Assembly (NCBI GenBank): GCA_964354805.1
Contig: CAYHBD010000030.1
Span: 18,337 to 82,336 of the forward strand
Origin: an uncultured archaeon
GTDB lineage: Archaea > Iainarchaeota > Iainarchaeia > Iainarchaeales > GCA-2688035
Direction: 5' to 3'
DNA: 64,000 nucleotides
The translations under genes and the position numbers were made by a program. Within the stretch, counting starts at the first letter, position 1; every line of letters begins with the position of its first letter. The notes under the pieces were generated by a model. It was not told where the DNA came from, made no database searches, and worked only from the letters and a program-made list of their open reading frames with translations. Shown in pieces: positions 37,146-46,448 of the stretch.

Positions 37146-37796
37146 TTATTTTTTCTTTCGCTCTTCTTTCTTTTCTTTTGCTTTCTCTTTTCCTTTTGTT
37201 TCCTTTTCAATTCTCTTTTCTTTTCGTTCTCTTGGCGCAATTTTTTCTTTTCTTTCTTTGCCGATTTCTTTTTCTTCGTGTTCCCCTAATTGCTTTTCCT
37301 CACTGCCGATTTGTTTTTCTTCTGGCTTGCGCTCTTTCCATTCTATTGTTTCTTTTCCTTGTCCGAAAAAGTCCCTTCTTCCTTTTCCTCGCTCTCTCCA
37401 TTCCCTTCTTTCCCTGTAGATTTCCCTGCTTGCTCTTCCGCCCCATTCCCTTTTTCCCTCTGCCCCGCTTTCATCGCCTGCCTCTTCTTCTGCCCAGTCT
37501 TCTTTTGTGCTTAGCAGTTCTTTCATTGAAGGCAAAAAGCTTCTCTGGGCAACCATTTTTTGCACAATCGAGCCAGGCAAAGTGGTGGGCAAATACGCGC
37601 CTCCTGCGAATGTGTTATCGCATTTCCTGCAGCTATAGATGCCTGGCGCTTTTCTCCTCACTCTCTCGGCTCCGCAGAACGGGCATGGGTAGTATTTGTG
37701 CTGCTTGCTTTCAATTTTAAGCAGGCTTTTTCTTATGCCAACGCCGTATCTTGCCCCATAGCGCCCAGCGGTTTTAACTTTTAAAGTGTTGCCCAT
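37146..37796 (-). CDS. rpl37ae: 50S ribosomal protein eL43 (L37ae) with long charged C-terminal extension
   Basis: AGRYGARYG, CPFC, CRKC, FAGGAY. Confidence 0.93.
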   Translation of the reverse strand: MGNTLKVKTAGRYGARYGVGIRKSLLKIESKQHKYYPCPFCGAERVRRKAPGIYSCRKCDNTFAGGAYLPTTLPGSIVQKMVAQRSFLPSMKELLSTKEDWAEEEAGDESGAEGKREWGGRASREIYRERREWRERGKGRRDFFGQGKETIEWKERKPEEKQIGSEEKQLGEHEEKEIGKERKEKIAPRERKEKRIEKETKGKEKAKEKKEERKKK

Positions 37797-37874
37797 ATAT
37801 TACAGAACTCCTGCTTTTGAAAATCCTTACAGCAGTTTCATGCACTCTTTTTCCTCTAGCTGCCCCCTGTTCGC

Positions 37875-38654
37875 TTACAGCAGTTTCCTTATCTCTTTCC
37901 CTTTGCGCATTGCAACGTCAAGGCAGTTTTCTATCTCGGCTGATGTGAATGCTCCGCCCAAGCCTTTTTGGAAAGCGCAGAACAAATTGTCCTCTGTTGT
38001 TGCGCAGCTGAACCTTGCCTCCATTGCCTTTTCCTCTACAAGAGCCGGGTCCAAAACAACTTTGCCCCCGATTTTTGCAAAGGTTGAAAGCAGCGGTTTT
38101 CTGCTCAGGTGCAGCTTGCCCGCAAATTCCCCTTTAACTATCTTGTCTTCCTCCAGCTTTGGGTACTTTGTTTCAAGCAGTGCGGACATTGCCGCAATGC
38201 TGCTTGCGTCAAACAGGTTTCCGTCGTCGTTCATCATGTACAGGTCAATGTACACCATCCAGACTTTTTCCTTTTCAACAATGCACAGCTTCTTGAAATC
38301 AATTGTTTTGCTTTCCCTAATGCCCCTGTCAACAACCCTTGCCAGCTCTGTCGCCTCCTCTCTTGGAGGCCCTGACTCAAAGCTAGGCGAAGCCAGCGGC
38401 AGGAATTCTGCTCCAACGCTTATACTGCCTTCGTCAGGCATATCTGGGAATGGCGTAGCAGGCTCCATTTTAATGCCTGCGATCACGTCCGTTTCTCCGA
38501 GCAAAACCCTTGCTGAACCGTTTGCGTTCTCGCTTATGTTGTGCTGGATTTTCACTTCCCTGTATTCGTCAACTTTTCTGGCATCCAGCCTTTTCCCTTC
38601 TTTTATTGCCTCTATTACTTTGTCGCTCTTCAGAGCCCAAATCGCTTCTTCCAT
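37875..38654 (-). CDS. rrp42: Exosome subunit Rrp42
   Basis: RLDAR..EYR, PFPDMPDEG, ELARVVDRGIRES, DDGNLFDA. Confidence 0.95.
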   Translation of the reverse strand: MEEAIWALKSDKVIEAIKEGKRLDARKVDEYREVKIQHNISENANGSARVLLGETDVIAGIKMEPATPFPDMPDEGSISVGAEFLPLASPSFESGPPREEATELARVVDRGIRESKTIDFKKLCIVEKEKVWMVYIDLYMMNDDGNLFDASSIAAMSALLETKYPKLEEDKIVKGEFAGKLHLSRKPLLSTFAKIGGKVVLDPALVEEKAMEARFSCATTEDNLFCAFQKGLGGAFTSAEIENCLDVAMRKGKEIRKLL

Positions 38655-39412
38655 TACGCATCACCTTTTTCGCTGCTTTCCTGTTTCTCCGCAGCAAGGA
38701 ACCTTTTCCGCAGCGCTTCCCGCTGAATTTCGTAAATCTGCTTGCACCCCTTCATTGCCAGCTGCATTGACTTGTGCCATTCCTCTTTTGAAAGCAACCC
38801 GTCCATTTGCATTAAAACAATCTCCTCTGTTCTCGGCATTATTGCAACAGGCATATCTACTGCATCCGGCGCGTCCTCTTCATCCTTATCCAAGTCAAGT
38901 ATTACTTCACCGCCTGCTTTGCCTACTCCCACAGCTGTAACCAGGTCTCGCATTGGAACACCCGCATCAGCCAATGCAACTGAAGCTGCTGTCAATGCGG
39001 CAACTCTTGTGCCTGCATTGCTGTCCAAGACCTCAACGAAGACATCTATTGTCGTGTTTGGAAAGCGCTCCAAAAAAATCGCTTTTTGCAGGGCTTCGCC
39101 TGAAACCTTGCTTATCTCAATTTCCCTTCGCCCTGGCTTTGGCATCTTTCTGTCCGGAACACTGAAACTCGCCATCCTGTACTGGTAGTCCACCAATGCC
39201 TTGTAAGGGTTTTGAATGTGCTTTGGCAGCGCTTCTCTTGGGCCGTAAACCCCTGCAACTATTTTGTTCTGTCCCCATTCAATGTAAGCCGAGCCGTCTG
39301 CCCTGCTCAAAACCCCGGTCTCAATCTTTATCGGTCTCAATTCATCCAATTTTCTTCCGTCCAACCTTTTTCCGTTTTTGACGTATTCGATTTTTTCTTC
39401 TTTTTTCTTCAT
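38654..39412 (-). CDS. rrp41: Exosome subunit Rrp41
   Basis: RLDGRKLDELRP, ADGSAY, VYGPRE, GTR, DMP. Confidence 0.95.
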   Translation of the reverse strand: MKKKEEKIEYVKNGKRLDGRKLDELRPIKIETGVLSRADGSAYIEWGQNKIVAGVYGPREALPKHIQNPYKALVDYQYRMASFSVPDRKMPKPGRREIEISKVSGEALQKAIFLERFPNTTIDVFVEVLDSNAGTRVAALTAASVALADAGVPMRDLVTAVGVGKAGGEVILDLDKDEEDAPDAVDMPVAIMPRTEEIVLMQMDGLLSKEEWHKSMQLAMKGCKQIYEIQREALRKRFLAAEKQESSEKGDA

Positions 39413-39643
39413 TCTCAATCAACACCTTCTCTTTTTTTAAAAATCAACTGCTTTTTTTTCAATTCTCACTTATTTTTTCCATCTCTTCTCTTTTTCCTCA
39501 ATTCAATCCAGCTAATTGCCCACTTCAATTTATTTTATTATTTTTTATTCCTCTTTTTTTCTTAATTCAATTCCAACCAATTGCTTTTTTCATTTGATTT
39601 GCTTTTTTCTTTTCCCTCAAATCAATTCCATTTTTATTGACAT

Positions 39644-40327
39644 TTATTGCTTCTGTTCGCTTTGGGGCTTTTGTTCGATTTTGGCTCCTTTTTTCTCTTT
39701 CAGGAAAGCAGCAACCTTGTTGGTGAGATTGCTTAGGTGGGATTCCCTTTCAATCAGTTCAACTGCTTCAATGAACAATGGCACATTGCCACCCTTTACC
39801 CAAACCCAACCGTTTCTCCCTACAATTGGGTTGCTTTCACTTCCATCCTTGAGCACGTTCAGCATTGAACCGTTCTTTCCAATAATGCGAGGCACTTTCG
39901 CAGGGCTGACTTCAATGACCTCGCCACCGTAGAAAACCCTTATGTCCTCCAATCCGGCCTCGTTTATTTCATTCACATCCCTGATGATTGCGCTGATTAC
40001 GCCGCCCCTCTTTAATTCATACCTTACATCGTCCTTTGAAACAAAGCTGCGGTAAATGCTGTTTATGTCAACAATGTAGCTGTTGAATGTTTCCCCTGAA
40101 ATTATTCCGACAATCAAATCATCCCTCACAGGGAGATACCTTCCGTGCAATGGCACAACATAAGCAGCGCCTGAATCAGGGTAGGTTATTCCCAAAGCGT
40201 CGGAATAAACCTTTCCGTTCTCAACAAAAACATGCTGCCCAATGCTTTTCCTTTCCTCAGTAACCAAATCGCCGGGAATAACTATTTTCTTCTGCTTCTT
40301 TTCAACTTCAACTGCTTCCTCTTCCAT
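39644..40327 (-). CDS. rrp4: Exosome RNA-binding subunit Rrp4
   Basis: VIPGD, Y.P..DDLIVG, KVPRIIGKNGSM, GRNGWVW. Confidence 0.94.
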   Translation of the reverse strand: MEEEAVEVEKKQKKIVIPGDLVTEERKSIGQHVFVENGKVYSDALGITYPDSGAAYVVPLHGRYLPVRDDLIVGIISGETFNSYIVDINSIYRSFVSKDDVRYELKRGGVISAIIRDVNEINEAGLEDIRVFYGGEVIEVSPAKVPRIIGKNGSMLNVLKDGSESNPIVGRNGWVWVKGGNVPLFIEAVELIERESHLSNLTNKVAAFLKEKKGAKIEQKPQSEQKQ

Positions 40328-40396
40328 TCTTTACCACACGTCCTTCAGTTTTTCCGTTTTTTTTTATTTCTCCTTCCTACTATCTTTGCCCCTGCT

Positions 40397-41101
40397 TTAC
40401 CTTTCGCCTTCCTGCACGATTTTTGTTTCGCATGCCCCGTGGCATACTGCGTTCAATTCATTCAGAAAATCCTGTTTCATTCCGCCTGGCAATTCAACAA
40501 CCGCAACCAGGCTGCCGTCGTTCTGCCATTGCTCTTTTACCACCTTGAACCTGTGCACTGTTGCAGCGCCCCTGCCGCTGTGTTCTGCGCCGATTTTCAC
40601 TGCAATCTGCAAATGCTGCATTGAAATCGGCAGAATCCTCTTGAGCTCCTTTAAAATCTCCGGCAGCTGCTCTTCAACCGATTTGTTTTCATCAACCCTG
40701 ATTTTCGCTTCAATCAATGCATTTTCAATCCTTTTGGGCGGATGCGGTGCTGCTGTCTGGGGATTGATCGCGTTCCTTGCAATGAATTCAACCACTTCCC
40801 TTTCCCTTGCTTCCTTCATTGCTTTCCTTTGCTCTGTTGTTAAATGCAGTATGCCCTGCAAAATTATTTTTTTTGCGATTACCGCAACATCTGTTGAACC
40901 AAAGACCTTGTTCAATGCAGCTGGGCTTTGCGCTTCGCCCTTGCTCGCGTCCTTGAATACTGTGTCCACTGCAAGCAAATCGCTTAAGCCCACTTGTTTC
41001 CCTTTTTTTAACTGCATTGCAAGGTCTGGGTCAACCAATATTTCAAATTTTTCTCCGAATGATTCCAGCCTTGCAGTAACAGCATTCTCCAAGTTAACCA
41101 T
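40397..41101 (-). CDS. Ribosome maturation factor SBDS
   Basis: FEILVDP, VFKDASKG, NPQT..PHP..RI. Confidence 0.95.
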   Translation of the reverse strand: MVNLENAVTARLESFGEKFEILVDPDLAMQLKKGKQVGLSDLLAVDTVFKDASKGEAQSPAALNKVFGSTDVAVIAKKIILQGILHLTTEQRKAMKEAREREVVEFIARNAINPQTAAPHPPKRIENALIEAKIRVDENKSVEEQLPEILKELKRILPISMQHLQIAVKIGAEHSGRGAATVHRFKVVKEQWQNDGSLVAVVELPGGMKQDFLNELNAVCHGACETKIVQEGER

Positions 41102-41170
41102 GCTACCTCAAAAACTCCTTTTGATAAAAAAAATGTTTTTACGTTTTTTTTCTTTGAAAAAATCAATGCT

Positions 41171-41279
41171 TGCAAAGCAATTGCCCTTTCCCCCATAATG
41201 CCAAGCTAAAGAATTATTTGTTTTTGTTCCATTGCTTGGCATTATGCCAAGGCTTTTTTCCCGCAGGAAAAAAGGCTTA
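41171..41279 (+). repeat. Intergenic REP-like unit with nested 13-bp inverted-repeat hairpin (41194-41246)
   Basis: GCAAAGCAATT..TTTCCCC [CATAATGCCAAGC..GCTTGGCATTATG] CCAAGGCTTTTTTCCCGCAGGAAAAAAGGCTT. Confidence 0.8.
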
Positions 41280-41318
41280 TCCAAAGAAAATTGCATTAAA
41301 TCCATTCAAAAAATTTCT

Positions 41319-42044
41319 TTACTTTTTCCCTAAAATAGACTTGAGCTTTTGCTTTGGCACTTTTTCAAACTTTTTCCCTTCCTCAATCAAAGCAAAATCA
41401 ATTCTATTAACATCAAGTTTCTCCTTTTCATCCAGGCCTTTCTGCAGAGCCCTCGAAATCAACTCAATCCCTTCCTCCAAAGGCATGTTCTCCTTATAGT
41501 CTTTCTCAAAGAATTTCATTGCTTCCTTCTTCTCTCTTCCGATCGCGATCGCGGTGTATTCAGCCAATGCACCGCTTGGCTCTGTCTCAAACAGCCTCTT
41601 TCCAGAATCATCAACTCCGCCAATGATAAAAGAAACGCCGAACGGTCTCATGCCAGCGTACTGCGTAAACAGCTGCTTAACAGCGCACAGTCTTTTCACC
41701 AATGTCTCCACTTCAATCTTCTCCTCGTAATACATTTTGTTCTCCTGCGCTTCTTTCCTCGCAATCTGCACCAGTCTCCTGGCATCCCCAACCAAGCCGC
41801 TGCTTATTGCGCCAATGTGGTCATCAACCTTGAATACTTTTTCAATGCTGTCAGCCAAAATCAGCCTTGAAACAATCTTCTTGTCAGCGCCAAACAAAAT
41901 GCCCTTATCATAAACAATTGCCGCGCCCATTGTTCCCTGCTCAACAATCTTGCTCGCGTACTCAACCTGGTAAAGCCTTCCATCAGGGCTGAACATGGTT
42001 GAAACCCTGTCGTAAGCGCTGCTCCTCCTGTTCATTGGATACAT
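41319..42044 (-). CDS. psmA: Proteasome subunit alpha
   Basis: YDR..TMFSPDGRLYQVEYA, SGLVGDARRL, RPFGVS. Confidence 0.97.
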   Translation of the reverse strand: MYPMNRRSSAYDRVSTMFSPDGRLYQVEYASKIVEQGTMGAAIVYDKGILFGADKKIVSRLILADSIEKVFKVDDHIGAISSGLVGDARRLVQIARKEAQENKMYYEEKIEVETLVKRLCAVKQLFTQYAGMRPFGVSFIIGGVDDSGKRLFETEPSGALAEYTAIAIGREKKEAMKFFEKDYKENMPLEEGIELISRALQKGLDEKEKLDVNRIDFALIEEGKKFEKVPKQKLKSILGKK

Positions 42045-42108
42045 TCAAAACCAGCCCCTCAAACAAAATTCTCTCTTTCCCCTACTTTTATATTTTGAAG
42101 AACGTAAG

Positions 42109-42438
42109 CTATAAAAAGCTTCTTAAACCCCTCAAAGTCCCGCTTGTTTTCACTGTTTTCGGCTCGAATTGCTTTGCCATGGCTTCAATTCCCTTCCTGG
42201 CTTCCCGCTCTGCACCAAGAATGCACCTTATAATCCCTTTTCCTGTTTCAGGCTCAAATCCAATAAACCACAAGCCAAGCCTTTTCCTTTGCTCCAAAGA
42301 GAACTGCCCCATGACCAAATCAAAAGCCTGCCTCGCGCTGCTGCAGCTGCCAGGCTTTAGCCGGAAAAGAATGTATCTGCGCTTTGGCCTCTTGCTTTTT
42401 TTGGGAAGCTTTCGCACAGGCTGCTTTTTTTCGGTCAT
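42109..42438 (-). CDS. rnp2: RNase P protein Pop5/Rpp14
   Basis: RPKRRYILF, GIIRC, TSGTLR. Confidence 0.85.
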   Translation of the reverse strand: MTEKKQPVRKLPKKSKRPKRRYILFRLKPGSCSSARQAFDLVMGQFSLEQRKRLGLWFIGFEPETGKGIIRCILGAEREARKGIEAMAKQFEPKTVKTSGTLRGLRSFL

Positions 42439-42980
42439 TTCAATTCACTCAAAGAACTGTCTGTGCAGAGCTTGTTAAATATTTCTTTTTCAAGCTCTTG
42501 GGCAAGAGTTCCGCATGAAGCAATCTTCTCGCGCTTTTCCTTTGTTTTTCCATAGCTTGCAACCAGATATTTGAGCCTGTCTTCCAGTGAAACAATCTGG
42601 TTGTGATTAACCCGCTTGTCCGCATAGTAAACAATTTTTTCCTCCCAATTGGCGAAAGGTTTTTTCCTAAGGATGTAATATAAGTGGTGCTTTTCAGTAA
42701 TTGCCCCGATTTTTGGAAAGCCCTCTTTTTCAAGAATCGCCCTGCTCATTTTGCCGTGCAGGTGCCTAAATCCCTGTTCTAGGGTTTTGGTTTTGTCAAG
42801 GTCATGCAGCAGCGCAGCCCTGTCAACAAGCTCCACATCAACTTTTTCTCCAGCCTGCTTCATTTTGCGTGCAAGAAATACTGCAACCCTTTCAACCTGC
42901 AAGCTGTGCCTTACAATATTTTCCGGCACTTTGTGTTTGTGCAGCAATTGCAGGCATTGCTCCCTTGAAGGAAGAGTCAT
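42435..42980 (-). CDS. HD-domain phosphohydrolase
   Basis: NIVRHS, ALLHDLDK, EEKIVYYADKR. Confidence 0.9.
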   Translation of the reverse strand: MTLPSREQCLQLLHKHKVPENIVRHSLQVERVAVFLARKMKQAGEKVDVELVDRAALLHDLDKTKTLEQGFRHLHGKMSRAILEKEGFPKIGAITEKHHLYYILRKKPFANWEEKIVYYADKRVNHNQIVSLEDRLKYLVASYGKTKEKREKIASCGTLAQELEKEIFNKLCTDSSLSELK

Positions 42981-43985
42981 TCAAACATCCGCCAATTTGT
43001 ATTCCCTTTTCCCGTAGCCATGCTGTTCAAGCCATTCAATCTGCTGCGTAGGGCTCCTGAAACCACACCAATCAAAAAAGTCTTTTCCAAATTTTTTATT
43101 GACCAAGTCAATTGATGCTGCGTCAATTGCAAGAATGTTGTCGCTCACAAGAATGCCGATGTCAGGCATTTCCGCAAGCGTTGCATCGCCGTGGCAGTCG
43201 CACATTGCTCCAATGCTCATTAAAGCGTTCACATAAAGCAAATCTTTTTTCTCAAAGCACTCGAGAACAGGAAGCGTACAGCTTGCCAATGCAATGTCAG
43301 GCATTAATTCTTTTGGGCTCATTGCTCCCTGCTTGCATGCTTTGAAGCACTTTGCACAGCCCCAGCATTTTTCATAATTAATCACTGCTTTTTTGTTTTT
43401 TAGCGCAATTGCGTTCACTGGGCAGACTTTGATGCACGTGCCGCATCCAATGCATTTTTTTAAGTCAACAACCATGTTTGCCTTGTCATGGCATGCTTTT
43501 TTTGTTTTGGTGTCAACGCAGCCCATTCCAAGGTTCTTTATTGCCCCGCCCAAGGCTGTGAATGCATGCCCTTTGCAGTGGGTTAAAACAACCATTGCAT
43601 CCGCTTCCGCAATCTCTTTGCTTACGCCCACAGGAAAGAGCTTTCCCTGCTTTTGCACTGAATTGTTTGAGATAACAATTGGGCAGCCCATTGTTTCAGC
43701 AGTAAAGCCATTTCTCCTCGCGGTATCGTAATAATCCTCAACAGTGTGGCGTTTCACTTTGTATTTTGTTGTTGAATCGTAAAGGAACGGCTTTGCGCCT
43801 GCTTCTTTCAAAACGTCAACAATTTTTCCTGCAATCGGGGGTCTGATGTAATTCAGGTTTCCACGTTCGCCCATGTGCAGCTTTACTGCAACGCTTTTTC
43901 CCCTCCAGTTGCCTAAGGGAAATTTGCGCAGTGCTGTTGCCATTTTTTCCAGGAAATGGTCTTTTACGAAATACACATTGCTCAT
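42981..43985 (-). CDS. DUF362 4Fe-4S protein
   Basis: KLHMGE.GN, THCKGH, GGAIKNLGMGC, two ferredoxin motifs, CDC. Confidence 0.9.
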   Translation of the reverse strand: MSNVYFVKDHFLEKMATALRKFPLGNWRGKSVAVKLHMGERGNLNYIRPPIAGKIVDVLKEAGAKPFLYDSTTKYKVKRHTVEDYYDTARRNGFTAETMGCPIVISNNSVQKQGKLFPVGVSKEIAEADAMVVLTHCKGHAFTALGGAIKNLGMGCVDTKTKKACHDKANMVVDLKKCIGCGTCIKVCPVNAIALKNKKAVINYEKCWGCAKCFKACKQGAMSPKELMPDIALASCTLPVLECFEKKDLLYVNALMSIGAMCDCHGDATLAEMPDIGILVSDNILAIDAASIDLVNKKFGKDFFDWCGFRSPTQQIEWLEQHGYGKREYKLADV

Positions 43986-44086
43986 TCTTGCTCAAGAAAA
44001 AAATAGTTAAAAAGGATTAAAAAACAACCTAAAAAATTCAGAAAAAAAATAATTTGCCTTGTCTGCATATTGTTGGAATACTGCGT

Positions 44087-44659
44087 TTACCTTACTTTCT
44101 CCGCGCCCTTTCCTTTCCTTCTCAATCCCCTCGATTTTTTGCCCCTTGAGGTAAGGCCCCTTAATGCCCTTCCCTTGTGCTTTCTGCTGCAAATCCAGTT
44201 TATTTCCCTGTCTGATTTTATTTCAGGCGCGTTGACGTCAACCAGAATTATTTCGTAGTAGTGGTTTACGCCATCGTCGCCGATGTAATAAGAATTCAGA
44301 ACCTCGCAGTTTGGATACCTTCTTGTGCACCTCTGCTCTGCGATTGCCTGAATGTTGATGTTCCTTGTAAGCTTGCTTACCCCCATTCGCTTGGGCCTTC
44401 TTCCGCTTGTCGGCCGAGTATGCATGCCGCTGCCTTTTCTTATTCTTACTCTTGTGACAACAAAACCCTTTTTTGCCTTGTAGCCAAGGGTATGGGCCCT
44501 TGCAATGTTCGTCGGCTTTTCCAATCGAACAATGGCTTTTTTCTCTTTCCTGAATCCAATCAGCCTTTCCCTCTGGATTTTTTTGTAGTCGTATGACTCG
44601 TCTTTTTTGCCAGCGAACTCGCGCTGGAATGTCTGCTGAATGAATTTTGCTGCGCCCAT
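44087..44659 (-). CDS. rpl15e: 50S ribosomal protein eL15
   Basis: ARAHTLGYKAKKG, GRRPKRMG, EVLNSY, RGLTSRGKKSRGL. Confidence 0.97.
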   Translation of the reverse strand: MGAAKFIQQTFQREFAGKKDESYDYKKIQRERLIGFRKEKKAIVRLEKPTNIARAHTLGYKAKKGFVVTRVRIRKGSGMHTRPTSGRRPKRMGVSKLTRNINIQAIAEQRCTRRYPNCEVLNSYYIGDDGVNHYYEIILVDVNAPEIKSDREINWICSRKHKGRALRGLTSRGKKSRGLRRKGKGAEKVR

Positions 44660-44771
44660 TTCAATCACTTAAAAAATCATTGAAAAAAGAAGCATTTAAT
44701 GGCTTGATTTTTAATAAAAATTAATTAATTGCAAGCCTTTTTAAAGGTTAGTAATACAAATCAATTTGATT

Positions 44772-45188
44772 ATGAAAACAGGATTCAAAAGCAAGGCAGC
44801 AAACGAGCACATTAGGGTTGAGGAAAACCAGTGGGCGGAAATTCTTGCAAAAGGGAACGCTTTTGCAGGCATGCTTTTGCTGCAGGACCAGAAGCTGTGC
44901 GCTGTATGCCATGAAATTGAGAGGGCGCTTAATGCAGGCAAAGTCAGCGCTGAACAAGTAGAATTTTTTGCTGCAGGGCTTGGAGGCAGAATTGATGCTG
45001 TATTGAAAATGCTGGATGAGGCTGAAGAGGGTTTTAAGGCAAAAGCCGAATTCGTTAAATTGAAGGAAAAGCTTGAAAAACCGGAAAACGGCAAGGCAGG
45101 GCTTGATTCCTTGAAAAAACTGGCCGGGCAAATTCATTTGGCGAGCCATTTGCTCTGCGATGAACTGCATGAAAAAATAGTGAAATAA
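44772..45188 (+). CDS. Hypothetical helical protein
   Basis: 138-aa ORF after TTTTAAA; typical codon usage. Confidence 0.6.
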   Translation: MKTGFKSKAANEHIRVEENQWAEILAKGNAFAGMLLLQDQKLCAVCHEIERALNAGKVSAEQVEFFAAGLGGRIDAVLKMLDEAEEGFKAKAEFVKLKEKLEKPENGKAGLDSLKKLAGQIHLASHLLCDELHEKIVK

Positions 45189-45260
45189 AGGCAGCAGGAT
45201 TCTAATCTAATCAATTGCCTTGTTTGTTTTTTTCACTGCACTCTGAGTTAATTAATTCCA

Positions 45261-45395
45261 TTATTTCCTTTTTTTGCTTTTTCTAGATCGCTTTATACGA
45301 GTTATAGTTCTCTTAGACCGCGGGAATCCGCCTGCTACTATAAGTCCACCACAAGGTGGTCGCGAGCCCCTGCCATGGCATACGCCTCTGGCCAT
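45261..45395 (-). CDS. 44-aa highly basic microprotein
   Basis: TTTATATA box, AGGTGA RBS; MARGVCHGRGSRPPCGGLIVAGGFPRSKRTITRIKRSRKSKKRK. Confidence 0.55.
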   Translation of the reverse strand: MARGVCHGRGSRPPCGGLIVAGGFPRSKRTITRIKRSRKSKKRK

Positions 45396-45497
45396 AAAAT
45401 CACCTACAAAATATCAGCAGAAGTGATATATAAATAGCAATGATTGATTTGCGTTAAAAATATGTTTTAAATCAAATTGCTGGAAAAGAATCTTGCC

Positions 45498-46442
45498 ATG
45501 CAGCAGAAATGCGTTGAATGCGGAAAAAAGGCAGTCATCTCTTTGCCCTATGGTCCGCATCGTTTCTGCAAACAGCATTTTCTGCACTTTTTTGAGAAGA
45601 GGGTTAGGCGCACAATCAGGGAGAACAGGCTGGTGCAGGGCAGAGAGAAGCTGGTTGTTGCATGCAGCGGTGGCAAGGACAGCTCGACAGCACTTTTTTT
45701 GGTTAACAAGATTTTTTCAAAAAGCAATCCTGTGGAAGCGCTTTTGATTGACGAGGGAATAGCAGGCTACAGGGACAAGGCGCTTGCAACAGCTGAAAGG
45801 AACTGCAATGAATGGAATGTGCAGTTCAAAAGGGTTTCGTTCAAGGAAGAATTCGGCTTCACAATGATGGACGTAATGCGCAAAACAGGCGCGGAAAAGC
45901 TGATTGGCAGCAGCTGCTCTTTCTGCGGAGTGCTGAGGAGGCGCTTGATGAACAAATACGCGAAGGAAATGCACGCTGGAAAGCTTGTTACAGGCCATAA
46001 CTTGAATGACGAAGTGCAGAGCATTCTGATGAATGTTTTTGACGCTGATTTGGCCAGGTATGCAAGGCTCGGGCCAATGATCGGCGCACTGAAACTCCGC
46101 GGTTTTGTGCCGAGGATAAAACCATTGTATTTGTGCCCTGAAAAGGAGGTTATTTCTTTTGCCCAAATGCAGGGAATTGGGTACTGCGGGGTAAAATGCT
46201 GCCCTTTCCACTGGCAGGCGAAGAGAAACGATTTCAGGGCAATGGTGAATCGCTTTGAAGAAAAATACCCTGGAACAATGTTTTCAATAATGCGCTTCTT
46301 TGAGCAGACAAAGCCGCTGGTTGCAAAAGGATTGGGAAAAGCAAGGGAATTGAAATTGAATGCATGCATTAAGTGCAGTGAACCAACCAGCGGAAAAATT
46401 TGCAGGGCATGCCAGCAGATTGACAAAATAATTAAAAATTAG
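45498..46442 (+). CDS. tRNA 2-thiouridine synthase TtuA/Ncs6 family
   Basis: CVEC..C..H, SGGKDS, CSFCGVLRR, TGHNLND, RIKPL, C-terminal zinc finger. Confidence 0.92.
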   Translation: MQQKCVECGKKAVISLPYGPHRFCKQHFLHFFEKRVRRTIRENRLVQGREKLVVACSGGKDSSTALFLVNKIFSKSNPVEALLIDEGIAGYRDKALATAERNCNEWNVQFKRVSFKEEFGFTMMDVMRKTGAEKLIGSSCSFCGVLRRRLMNKYAKEMHAGKLVTGHNLNDEVQSILMNVFDADLARYARLGPMIGALKLRGFVPRIKPLYLCPEKEVISFAQMQGIGYCGVKCCPFHWQAKRNDFRAMVNRFEEKYPGTMFSIMRFFEQTKPLVAKGLGKARELKLNACIKCSEPTSGKICRACQQIDKIIKN

Positions 46443-46448
46443 GAAATT

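Noticed and set aside
45280-45395. GC-richer structured stretch as 5S rRNA or SRP RNA
   Set aside because: No conserved 5S or SRP motifs; an ORF with RBS explains it better.
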